This document shows, piece by piece, positions 28,691 through 37,409 of a DNA stretch of 64,000 bases. This DNA is from Trueperaceae bacterium (GTDB taxonomy: Bacteria; Deinococcota; Deinococci; Deinococcales; Trueperaceae). Made by a program: the position numbers and the translations under genes. Every line of letters starts with the position of its first letter. Position 1 is the stretch's first letter. The notes beneath the pieces were generated by a model. The model was not told the origin of the DNA. It saw nothing but the letters and a program-made list of their open reading frames with translations, and did not search any database. The stretch is from the NCBI GenBank assembly GCA_965215565.1, contig CBDCDZ010000004.1, positions 3,488,001-3,552,000 on the forward strand, read 5' to 3'.

Positions 28691-29628
28691 TGCTCGGTAC
28701 TCGTTGCTGTCAAAAACGCAATTGCCTCATCTAAGGCTTCATCCGACGCGACCTCCACGTCTGGCACCACGCCGCGCCCTTCCCACGTCGGTGCGCCGAT
28801 GGGCGCTAAGACGCCTGTTGCGATCCACGCCTGCGAGCCGTCGCGGAGGCAGAAAGGTAAAACCGCTTCGACGTTGCCCGCGCTCGTTTCACCGATGACC
28901 GTGGCGCGTCCGTTCGCCTGGAGTGCGCCCGCCAAGCCCTCGGCGGCGCTATTGACGCCGCCGTCAATTAAGATAACAAGCGGCAACTCGGTAATTGTGT
29001 TGCCAACCGCGGGGTAGGGAAGAGGGAGTGTCCAGCGGGTCAGCGTGCGCCACAAGAAGCCGCCCGTGAAAACGCCCGCCGCCTGCATCATCTCGATGAG
29101 TCTGCCGCCGGGGTTGCCGCGTAAATCGAGGATGAAGCTCTCTGCGCCGCTCAGGTTTTGCACCGCGCCGCGCAAGTCGCCCGCCGTACCTACTAAGTCG
29201 GGGACGCGGACATAACCGATGTTGTTCTCCAGGAGTTTGTAGCTGACCCGCCCGCGCTGCTCGGTGCCTTGCGGCTCCAAGACCTGTCCGAATACGCCTA
29301 AGCAGGGCAAATCGCCGTATTCAGCGCGAATCTCATTGACGCGGTCAGGCGGCACGAAGACCGAGTGGTTGTCACCGAGTTCTTCGTACATGTCCGCCAG
29401 AACGCTGTAGAACTCGCCCTCGTTCTCAGCTTCCAAAGCTCTCGGCTCGTACTCGCTGCGAATCTCGTCCCAACTCATACCGCCGAAGTCGCGGTCCCAG
29501 TAGCGCTCCTCGACGAGCCGCCAAGCGGTGTCGAAGCGCGTTTCGAAGTTTTGAGCAGCTTGGGCAGACGCCGCCATAAAGAGGACGGCGGCGCAGGTGG
29601 TGCAGAGGACGAGCCAGAGTTTGTTCAC
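28687..29628 (-). CDS. S41 family (C-terminal processing) peptidase, no evident PDZ domain
   Basis: Signal peptide, DLRGNPGG, SAAE, IGE.SAG, GV.PD. Confidence 0.88.
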   Translation of the reverse strand: MNKLWLVLCTTCAAVLFMAASAQAAQNFETRFDTAWRLVEERYWDRDFGGMSWDEIRSEYEPRALEAENEGEFYSVLADMYEELGDNHSVFVPPDRVNEIRAEYGDLPCLGVFGQVLEPQGTEQRGRVSYKLLENNIGYVRVPDLVGTAGDLRGAVQNLSGAESFILDLRGNPGGRLIEMMQAAGVFTGGFLWRTLTRWTLPLPYPAVGNTITELPLVILIDGGVNSAAEGLAGALQANGRATVIGETSAGNVEAVLPFCLRDGSQAWIATGVLAPIGAPTWEGRGVVPDVEVASDEALDEAIAFLTATSTEQ

Positions 29629-29631
29629 GCC

Positions 29632-30621
29632 TCAATGTACCGCGCGTTTGAGGGTTCCTTGGTTGGCTGTCTGCGCTGCGCCCAGTTCTTGCGCGCCCTC
29701 CTGGGCGTGAGACTCGAGCGCCTTTGCGTCAAAGACGCAGCTTTGCGCGCCTACCGAGGTCACGTTAAGTGCGCCCGCGATGTTGCCGAGTTTCGCCGCG
29801 TAGTAGATGTCGTAGCCCGCCATAATGCCGTGCGCGAAGGCGGCGGTGTAGTAGTCGCCTGCGCCCGTCGATTCGACGACTTCGTCTATCTCTAGCGCCT
29901 CGATGAGTTCGGTCAGCTCCGGGGTGATGACCATCGAGCCCATCTCGCCGAGTTTGACCAGGATGCGCTCGACGCCGCGCTCGGCAAGCTCCGCCACCGC
30001 TTCGGAGATCGAGCTTTCGTCGGTCAGCGTATAGAGTTCTTGTTGGTTCATGATGAGGTAGTCCACGCCCTGCACGGTAGGGATGAGCTGCTCTTTAAGC
30101 GCGTTGACCGCGCCCGAGCCCATGTCGATAAAAGTGGTCAGACGAGCCTTTTTAGCCGCTCTCAGCGCCCGCACCGCGTACTCGCGTTGTGGACCGCTAA
30201 TAAGGCTGTAGGCGCTGACGACGAGCGCGTCACACGCTGCGATCTGGTCTTCGCTGAACGCTCCAACGTCTAGGTCGCGGCTCGCGCCGCCCGCGCTGAT
30301 CATGGTGCGCTGGGTGTCAGGGGTGACGAGTAGCGTCACGCTGCTCGTTTGCAGCGCCTTGTCGAGTTGGACGAGATGCGTGTCCACGCCCGCCTCTTTC
30401 ACGTACTTGAGCGCGAGGTCGGAGAAAGGACCTTCGCCTACGCGAGCCGCTAAGGACACCTCATTGCCGAGCCGCGCGAGTACCGCCGCCACTGTACCGC
30501 CTGCGCCGCCCGGCTCCATGCGGGCGCGCTCCGCTGAGACCTCACCGCCCAGCTCGGGCAAGCCCTCGACGAAGTACATCTGGTCAACGCTCACGTCGCC
30601 GATCACGAAAAACTTAGCCAT
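29632..30621 (-). CDS. PfkB family carbohydrate kinase
   Basis: GGAG, N..E, VKLG..GS, STGAGD. Confidence 0.9.
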   Translation of the reverse strand: MAKFFVIGDVSVDQMYFVEGLPELGGEVSAERARMEPGGAGGTVAAVLARLGNEVSLAARVGEGPFSDLALKYVKEAGVDTHLVQLDKALQTSSVTLLVTPDTQRTMISAGGASRDLDVGAFSEDQIAACDALVVSAYSLISGPQREYAVRALRAAKKARLTTFIDMGSGAVNALKEQLIPTVQGVDYLIMNQQELYTLTDESSISEAVAELAERGVERILVKLGEMGSMVITPELTELIEALEIDEVVESTGAGDYYTAAFAHGIMAGYDIYYAAKLGNIAGALNVTSVGAQSCVFDAKALESHAQEGAQELGAAQTANQGTLKRAVH

Positions 30622-30848
30622 TCACCTCTCCCACATCCGCTCTCGCATTCACCTTGAAACGCTCGGAGACCGCCGTCCCCACATGTGCCCCCCTGAGCCT
30701 AACCGCGCAGTTCGCCGCGCCGTTTAACCCGCTCAGCGTCTAACGTGCAGTGTAACGCACGAAAGCGAGCCTGGGGTACCCTCTAAGCCGTTCGTCTAAA
30801 TCTTGCTTACGTGCAGTATAGCTTAAATTGGCGGGGCTGCCCAGCACC

Positions 30849-31682
30849 CTAAGACGGGCTGCGGCTAAGCGCACGGTGTAGCGCGGTGAATTGTGAGATA
30901 TCTAGCGCCTCAGCTCTCGTGCGTGGGTCTAGGATGAGCGCCTCGAGCGCGGCGTCCACACGCGCTTTCTCGAAGCCCGCCATGAGCAGATTTTTCTTCA
31001 AGGTCTTGCGGCGGTGGCGAAAGGCGTGGTGAATGAGTGAGAACAGTTCGGGATCGCGCACCGTATTCGTCACCTCCAAGCGCACCACGCTGCTCGTCAC
31101 TTCGGGCGGCGGAAAGAAGGCGGAGGGCTTGACGTCGCGAATGATTTCGGCCTTCGCGAAGTGCGCCACGATCAAACTGAGCGCACCGTACGCGCCCCCA
31201 CCCGGCGCGGCGCGGAGCCGCTGCGCGACCTCTTTTTGCACCAGGAAGACGAGCCGTTTGAAGCGCCCCGACTCCAAAGCCCGAACGAGAATCGGCGTAG
31301 CGACGTTGTAAGGAAGATTGGCGACGAGCAGGCTTCCCTGGGGGAGCGTCTGCAAGTCGAAGGTGAGTCCGTCGCCGTGAATAAGCGCGACGTTGCTCGT
31401 TTCCGCCAGGGTTTCTCTTAACGCGGGCAGGAGCCGCGCGTCGAGTTCGACACTCACGACCTCTTTGGCTTTAAGCGCCAATTCGCGGGTCAAGACGCCC
31501 AACCCCGGACCGATCTCTAAAACCATGTTGTCCGGTGAGAGACTTGCCGCTTCGACAATAGCCCGGAGCGCGTTACCGTCCACTAAGAAGTTCTGGCCGA
31601 AGCTCTTGTCCGCCCGTAAGCCGTAGCGCGTGAGCAGGTCTTTCACAGCGCTCGGGGTAGAGAGGGTTGACGGGCTGCTCAC
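30849..31682 (-). CDS. rsmA: 16S rRNA m6,2A dimethyltransferase RsmA/KsgA
   Basis: FGQNFL, EIGPG.G.LT, ANLPYN, QKEVA.R, F.PPP.V.S. Confidence 0.95.
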   Translation of the reverse strand: MSSPSTLSTPSAVKDLLTRYGLRADKSFGQNFLVDGNALRAIVEAASLSPDNMVLEIGPGLGVLTRELALKAKEVVSVELDARLLPALRETLAETSNVALIHGDGLTFDLQTLPQGSLLVANLPYNVATPILVRALESGRFKRLVFLVQKEVAQRLRAAPGGGAYGALSLIVAHFAKAEIIRDVKPSAFFPPPEVTSSVVRLEVTNTVRDPELFSLIHHAFRHRRKTLKKNLLMAGFEKARVDAALEALILDPRTRAEALDISQFTALHRALSRSPS

Positions 31683-31813
31683 GCTCGGTTGGTCATATCT
31701 GCTGCTTTCGTGCTCACTATCTTTGGGCTAGGGTCTCTGGGCTAAAACCTTTGTGCGGGTGTCACGTGTCATACCTATAGGCACCGGCGCGCCTTTGCGC
31801 GGGAAGCATCCTC

Positions 31814-32314
31814 CTAAGCGTTCGCTTCGATATGCGCCTCGATGGTCTCTTCGATGCTGCGGCTCGCCTGGGTGAGCGTTGTCCCCTGCACCACAGCAAA
31901 TTCCGAAGCGAGCATCGTTTTGGCGTTCTCCATGACTTCGCGCTCGGTAGCGGCTAAGCCCTTCTCCAAGTCGCGCTCGGCTAGGACGCCAATCAGACGC
32001 GCCAACTCGTAAGCGTCGCCGCCCGACAAAATGTCTTGCTCGGCGCGGTAGCGCGGCGGCCACTGCGTGGGCAAAGACAGGTCAGACGAGGCGATTTCGC
32101 CGTGCAGCCGCTCGACTTCGTCCTCGCCAACCGTGTGGCGCAAGCCTACCTCTTGCCCTTTTTTTAGGGGAACCAAAACCTCCATGTCGCCCCGGATAAA
32201 GCTGATGCGCAAATACTCGTGGGTTTCGCCCAGCACTTCGCGCTCAGTTTTCTCTTCGACAGTGCCGGCACCCTGCGAAGGGTAGACCACGCGGTCGCCA
32301 ACTTTGAATGTCAC
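31814..32314 (-). CDS. carD: CarD family transcriptional regulator
   Basis: FKVGD.VVYP..G.G, VGLR, conserved Trp. Confidence 0.9.
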   Translation of the reverse strand: MTFKVGDRVVYPSQGAGTVEEKTEREVLGETHEYLRISFIRGDMEVLVPLKKGQEVGLRHTVGEDEVERLHGEIASSDLSLPTQWPPRYRAEQDILSGGDAYELARLIGVLAERDLEKGLAATEREVMENAKTMLASEFAVVQGTTLTQASRSIEETIEAHIEANA

Positions 32315-32348
32315 AGGTGCGTCCTCCTATGGGTAAGACTACCATTAA

Positions 32349-32596
32349 TAGCAGGTCTCAGCCGTTAGGCTAGCGGGGCTTCATCTGGTCTGAGTGCGCA
32401 AAGCGATGCGAAGCAACACTCCTACTACGAAGAACATTGTTTGCTTCGCGAAAACTCCGTCCCTACGGGCTTTCAGACTGCTCGCTCACGCGAAGCAGCT
32501 TTCAGAAATGTAGCGCGCACTTGATTGTGATGAGGTTCCGTTACAGCAAGCTGTGAAATCTGCGTTCGTTTGTCTCAGTATGTCGTAGAACTGCCG
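32349..32596 (+). repeat. Family A long form (248 bp)
   Basis: Starts TAGCAGGT, contains TCATCTGGTCTGAG and TAGCGCGCAC, ends GTCTCAGTATGTCGTAGAACTGC; has extended stem arms. Confidence 0.8.
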
Positions 32597-32598
32597 TG

Positions 32599-32753
32599 AT
32601 AAGGAGTCTCAGCCGTCAAGCTAGCAAAACCTCTGCCGAGTGCGAGAGGGCGCAAGGACGAACGCAAAGGCAAATGAGGTCAGGAGGTCTTGAGTCAAAC
32701 ACGTTAAGCACGTTTCTATCAGGGTGCTCCGCTACGAGTAAGGGCTCGAGACC
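32599..32753 (+). repeat. Degenerate second long-form-related hairpin
   Basis: GTCTCAGCCGTCAAGCTAGC resembles 32355-32374; distal GCTCCGCTA...GGCTCGAGACC is a partial complement. Confidence 0.5.
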
Positions 32754-32776
32754 CAACGCGCTCTTTTCAGCGACGT

Positions 32777-32813
32777 AGACCCCTCTACGTCATCCTACGT
32801 AGGGAGTCTTTTT
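32777..32813 (+). terminator. Putative intrinsic terminator
   Basis: AGACCCCTCTACGT-N6-ACGTAGGGAGTCT followed by a T run. Confidence 0.45.
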
Positions 32814-32928
32814 CACGTCGTAGACGGCTTGCGTAAGCTAATTGACCCATGCGCCGTTCCCACTTTGCGCGCTATGCTTGGGCGCAGGACATGAGACAAC
32901 GTTCGACGACTTGTTAAAGGAGCACCGC

Positions 32929-33174
32929 ATGGTTCAGTCTGCCCCTAAAATCCCTTCCTCCACTTCGTTCTCCCTACGCCCCGACAGCTTGACCTCGCGC
33001 GAGTACGAAGTGCTGAAGCTCATCGCGGAAGGGATGACGAACAAGCGCGTGGCGAGCGTGCTCGACATCTCACCGCGCACTGTGAGCACCCACCTCACGC
33101 GCATTTACGGCAAGCTCTGGGTGAGAGGGCGAACAGCGGCAGTGGTCAAAGCGGCGCGGTTAGGGTTGGTCTAG
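32929..33174 (+). CDS. Stand-alone LuxR-type HTH regulator
   Basis: AAGGAG RBS; LT.RE.EVL.LIAEG.TNK.VA..L.IS..TV..H. Confidence 0.88.
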   Translation: MVQSAPKIPSSTSFSLRPDSLTSREYEVLKLIAEGMTNKRVASVLDISPRTVSTHLTRIYGKLWVRGRTAAVVKAARLGLV

Positions 33175-33218
33175 GAAGGTTCGGATGTAGGTACTTCTTC
33201 ATACGCTACACTGCGTTC

Positions 33219-33740
33219 ATGGTGAGAGCTGCGACACAAGCGGATGTTCCCAGTGTTGCCCGTGTCCACGTGCAGGCGTGGCGCGAAACCTATACAGGGC
33301 TCATCCCGCAAGAGGTATTGGACAACCTCTCGGAGGACGAACGAGCGGCGATGTGGCGCGGGGCACTGAGCGAGGGGAGCGCCACCCCTCTACTCGTCTA
33401 CGAACATGAAGGAGAGGTCATCGGTTTTGCCGCTACCGGACCGGAGCGGGAGAAGCACGCGCGCTACACGGGCGAACTCTACGCGATTTATCTTTTGCGA
33501 GAGTTTCACGGGTACGGCTACGGTAAGGCGCTCTTTCAGGAAGCAGTGCATTTGTTAGAAGCAGTGGGATATGACGCCATGCGGCTCTGGGTTTTGGAGG
33601 ACAATCCGGCGAGAGGCTTTTACGAACATCTAGGCGGCGAACTCCACGAGCGCAAAACCATCACGATGATGGGCGCAACCTTGAGCGAAGTCGCGTATAG
33701 CTGGTCCGAACTTCCTGCTTTGCCCCCGAATGAGCCGTGA
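33219..33740 (+). CDS. GNAT family N-acetyltransferase
   Basis: ELYAIYL...HG.GYG, LWVLEDN.ARGFYE..GG. Confidence 0.9.
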   Translation: MVRAATQADVPSVARVHVQAWRETYTGLIPQEVLDNLSEDERAAMWRGALSEGSATPLLVYEHEGEVIGFAATGPEREKHARYTGELYAIYLLREFHGYGYGKALFQEAVHLLEAVGYDAMRLWVLEDNPARGFYEHLGGELHERKTITMMGATLSEVAYSWSELPALPPNEP

Positions 33741-33778
33741 CGCTAAAGAGGTTGTAGGAAGGGGTCTTCTCGAGCCCC

Positions 33779-34378
33779 TTAAAGCTCAACCCGAAAGCTC
33801 AGCCCCTGGTCCACCCCTTCGGTATAGACGAGCGAAAAATTGTCGATGGTTGCGGTCCACGCGAAGGTGTCCTCGTTCAAGAAGCGCACTACGTTGGGGA
33901 GCAATTCTGGCGTGAGGTCGCCGTGGGCGAGCGTGATATGCGGGAGCCACCTTTCGGGGTGGTAGAGCGGATTAGGCTTGACGGCGAGGTCGGAGAGGGA
34001 ACTATAGAGCGAGCAGTGATAGTGAACGAGCTTGGGGCTACGCACGACAGGGATGTAGATAATCGGCTTAGGACCGGGGAAGATACCGAGCCCGGCGGTG
34101 CGAATGTGAAAGGGACGCCCCTCGTCGGCAACGCGCGCTAGGAGCGAGTGAACGCCTTCGTCGTCGAAGTCATTCGCGCCGTGATACGAAAAGTGCGGAA
34201 AGGGCGCGCTGTAGATGCTGCGCAGCCCGAACTCGCGTTCTAGCGCCGCCCATATCCCCCTCACCTTCTCGTCGTGCTTAGCGTCGAGTAACGAGACCAC
34301 CGCCTCGATGCCCGCGTCACCCCGTTTGCCTGCGGGTGTCTTAGGTTTCGGTCCGGCTAGTTCTCGGTCTAGGCTCAT
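33779..34378 (-). CDS. 2H phosphoesterase / 2'-5' RNA ligase family protein
   Basis: Two HxS/T motifs: PHFS and PHITL. Confidence 0.85.
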   Translation of the reverse strand: MSLDRELAGPKPKTPAGKRGDAGIEAVVSLLDAKHDEKVRGIWAALEREFGLRSIYSAPFPHFSYHGANDFDDEGVHSLLARVADEGRPFHIRTAGLGIFPGPKPIIYIPVVRSPKLVHYHCSLYSSLSDLAVKPNPLYHPERWLPHITLAHGDLTPELLPNVVRFLNEDTFAWTATIDNFSLVYTEGVDQGLSFRVEL

Positions 34379-34539
34379 CAGAGTATCACTGTACCAGGTT
34401 GATGTACCGTAATACTAGGGGAATGAGGAACATTTCATTGCGATGTGAAGTCGTTTTGTGTAAGCGTCGTCCACATTCAATGTGACAGAGGCGCTTTTTT
34501 GCTCTCCAAATGGAAGAGGTGTTCTGGGCTTTCGGTTCC

Positions 34540-34965
34540 TCAGAGCATCTTTCTGTAGACGATTTCCCCCACGTTGTCATCGGCGATGTTCTCAATGATG
34601 CCGTTTGTGTGAAAACCCATGTGTACGTGCCAGCGTTGCGGGTCTAGCTCGTCGGTCTGGCTCGAGGACAAGAGCGCCACGTAACCGCGTTCTTTAAGTT
34701 CAGCCTCTAAAAAGCTCAGAAGAAGCCGCGACACACCTCTTCGGCGGTGTTCGGTTGAAACGAAGATCATGGCGAGAAAGGGTACGGTGCTCCACAGCAC
34801 GTCGAAGCGGAGATGACCGACAGTCAAGGTGGATTCTTCTAGCACCGCAACGATGACCTCCGAAGCGCTGATTTTGTGCTGCCAATCTTGCTCTCTAGTC
34901 CAGGGGTCAACCTCTTGAAGAAATGGGGTGTCGTCTCTTTGAGCGTAGCGAATAGTACAAGACAT
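34540..34965 (-). CDS. GNAT family N-acetyltransferase
   Basis: V..EHRRRGV, SSQ.DE, WH..MGF. Confidence 0.85.
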   Translation of the reverse strand: MSCTIRYAQRDDTPFLQEVDPWTREQDWQHKISASEVIVAVLEESTLTVGHLRFDVLWSTVPFLAMIFVSTEHRRRGVSRLLLSFLEAELKERGYVALLSSSQTDELDPQRWHVHMGFHTNGIIENIADDNVGEIVYRKML

Positions 34966-35032
34966 AGTGACCTCTTAATAATGGTGACCCCTTGATAGAT
35001 GAGTAATGCAGTTTGGCCCACCAACTCCGCGC

Positions 35033-37114
35033 TCAGTCCTCTTCACGCTGCACGAGCGTCAGAATCGTGTAGAGCGCCACTGCCTCCCCGTGCTGATTGG
35101 TGAGCCGCACGTCCCACGCCACCACGCCCGCCGCATATTTGTCGTCGTCGCGTTTGTCCTTTTTGATCTTCTGCTTCACGGTGAGTTGTGCCTGGATGGT
35201 GTCGCCGATGCCGACGGGTTCAACGAAACGCAAGTTATCTAAGCCGTAATTCGCCAAAACGGGCCCCGGTCTTGGGTCGACGAATAGACCCGCCGCCATT
35301 GACACCAAGAAGTAGCCATGCGCCACGCGCTTTTCAAACAAGGAGTCTTTTGCAGCAATTTCGTCTACGTGCGCGTAGAAATAGTCACCGCTCACGTTGG
35401 CGAAGTTCACGATGTCCGCTTCTGTCACGGTGCGGCGGTGGGTGAGGTAGGTTTCACCGATGGAGAGGTCTTCGAACCGCTTGCGGAAGGGATGGACCTC
35501 ATCGTGCGTTGTTTGTGCGCCTGCCACGTACTCCTTCGTCACGCTCATGAGTGTCGTCGGGTCCGCTTGAACGGCGGTGCGCTGCATGAAGTGTTTGATG
35601 GAGCGCGCGCCGCCCAGTTCTTCGCCGCCGCCCGCGCGTCCGGGTCCGCCGTGGACGAGGTAGGGTAAGGGCGAGCCGTGTCCAGTAGACGAGGCGGCGT
35701 TCTCGCGGTTGAGGACCAAGATTCGTCCGTGATGCGACGCTGCACCCAGCACGAGCCGCCGCGCCTCTTCGCGGTCATGCGTAATGGCGGAGGCGACGAG
35801 CGAGCCGCGTCCGCGCTTGGCGAGTGCGCCCGCCTCTTCTAATGTTTCATAAGGCATGAGCGTGGCGACGGGTCCGAAGGCCTCGACCTCATGAGGTTCT
35901 AGGGCGTTTAGCGGGTCCTCACAGAGGAGTAGCGTCGGCGGGTAAAAGCCGCCCTTCTCAGCGTCGCCGCCGTGAAGCTCGAGCCTGCCCTCGAACACCA
36001 CTTCACAAGAGGTGCGCAGCCTCTTTACGCTCCGCCCCACCGCGTCGCGCTGTTCCGCGCTTACTAAGGGACCCATGCGCACCTCGTCGCATTCAGGGTC
36101 GCCCATCGTCACGCTATTAAGGCGCTGGCTCAACGCTTCTGTCACCGCCTCCACCTTATCTTTCGGTACAATGACGCGGCGAATCGCGGTGCACTTCTGT
36201 CCCGCCTTGACCGTCATCTCCCTCGAGACCTCTTTGATGAACAGTCCAAATTCCTCATCGCCAGGCTGGACGCTCTCGCCCAAGATGCAGGCGTTTAAGG
36301 AATCTGCCTCGAGCGTAAAGGGCACCGCCTTATCTATGATATTTGGATGCGCCTTCAGCTTCTTGCCCGTTTCAGCGGAGCCTGTAAAGGTCACGGCGTC
36401 CTGTTCATTGAGATGCGGCAAGAAGTCTACGATGTCGCCCGCGAGGAGTTGTATGGACCCCTCCGGCAAAAGGTTCGTCCGCACCATCTCCTGAAACATC
36501 GCCACCGCCAAATAAGAGGTCTGCGGCGCAGGTTTAATCACTGCTGATACGCCAGCGAGAAAGGTGGGCGCGAGCTTTTCCAGCATCCCCCAACAGGGAA
36601 AGTTGAAGGCGTTGATATGGACCGCCACGCCCTCTTTCGGCGTCAAGAGGTGACGCGCTGTAAAGGTGCCGTCTTTAGAAAGAGGGAGCGCCAGACCCTC
36701 GGTCAAAAAGGTCTCATTGGGGAATTCGCGGCGGACGAGGCTCGAGTAGGCGAAGAGCGTCCCGATGCCCCCCTCGATGTCGATCCAGCCGCCCCGCCGC
36801 GTCGTTCCCGTTTTGAATGAAACTTCGTAAAAGCGCTCTTTGACGCTCATGAGGTGTTTAGCGAGTTCTTTGAGAATAAGGGCGCGTTCGTGGAAGGTCT
36901 GTCTGCGCAAGTTGGGACCGCCGACGTCCCTGGCGTAGTGCAGTGCGCCTGCAATGTCGAGACCGTCTGTCGTGAGGTGGGTGATAGGTTTGCCGTAGAC
37001 GGCGTCTACAACCTCTACGCCGTCACCCGCGCCCTCTTGCCACTCGCCTGTGATGAAACTCGGGAGTTTGCTTGTGAGCGCTGAATCTAAAGGATGTCCG
37101 CTGAGTTGAGCCAT
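35033..37114 (-). CDS. paaZ: Phenylacetate degradation bifunctional protein PaaZ
   Basis: ALDH domain (INAFNFP.WG.LEK, EADSLN, GQKCTAIRR) plus MaoC hydratase C-terminus. Confidence 0.95.
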   Translation of the reverse strand: MAQLSGHPLDSALTSKLPSFITGEWQEGAGDGVEVVDAVYGKPITHLTTDGLDIAGALHYARDVGGPNLRRQTFHERALILKELAKHLMSVKERFYEVSFKTGTTRRGGWIDIEGGIGTLFAYSSLVRREFPNETFLTEGLALPLSKDGTFTARHLLTPKEGVAVHINAFNFPCWGMLEKLAPTFLAGVSAVIKPAPQTSYLAVAMFQEMVRTNLLPEGSIQLLAGDIVDFLPHLNEQDAVTFTGSAETGKKLKAHPNIIDKAVPFTLEADSLNACILGESVQPGDEEFGLFIKEVSREMTVKAGQKCTAIRRVIVPKDKVEAVTEALSQRLNSVTMGDPECDEVRMGPLVSAEQRDAVGRSVKRLRTSCEVVFEGRLELHGGDAEKGGFYPPTLLLCEDPLNALEPHEVEAFGPVATLMPYETLEEAGALAKRGRGSLVASAITHDREEARRLVLGAASHHGRILVLNRENAASSTGHGSPLPYLVHGGPGRAGGGEELGGARSIKHFMQRTAVQADPTTLMSVTKEYVAGAQTTHDEVHPFRKRFEDLSIGETYLTHRRTVTEADIVNFANVSGDYFYAHVDEIAAKDSLFEKRVAHGYFLVSMAAGLFVDPRPGPVLANYGLDNLRFVEPVGIGDTIQAQLTVKQKIKKDKRDDDKYAAGVVAWDVRLTNQHGEAVALYTILTLVQREED

Positions 37115-37240
37115 GCCTTATGGTACTCGTATGAACTCTTGCAGATACCGCGCTGTAGGTTGAAGGGGACACTGCTCGAGTCGCTAAGTTGGTGCGCCTC
37201 TACGAAATAAGAGGTTGCAAGCTCACCTTGCAACCTTCCG

Positions 37241-37352
37241 TAGTGGTTCTAAGTCGAGTGCTGCTGTGTACTCCCTCCGCTGTCTCAACGTAGTGAACAA
37301 GGGGTTGAAACCCCTTGCTTTGACACTAGCGTCATTCCAAATAGAACCACTA
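37241..37352 (+). mobile_element. Family B 112-bp MITE-like element
   Basis: TIR TAGTGGTTCTA / TAGAACCACTA; internal hairpin CAAGGGGTTGAAACCCCTTG. Confidence 0.8.
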
Positions 37353-37409
37353 CCCAACCTCTTATAGTTCGTTTTGTTGCCTTTCAACCGCTCGAGGCGC
37401 ACTAAACGG

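Noticed and set aside
32596..32815. c-di-GMP-I riboswitch upstream of the LuxR gene
   Set aside because: GCAAA and CGCAA fragments are present but the GNRA-capped stem architecture is not; the region is better explained as a degenerate repeat.
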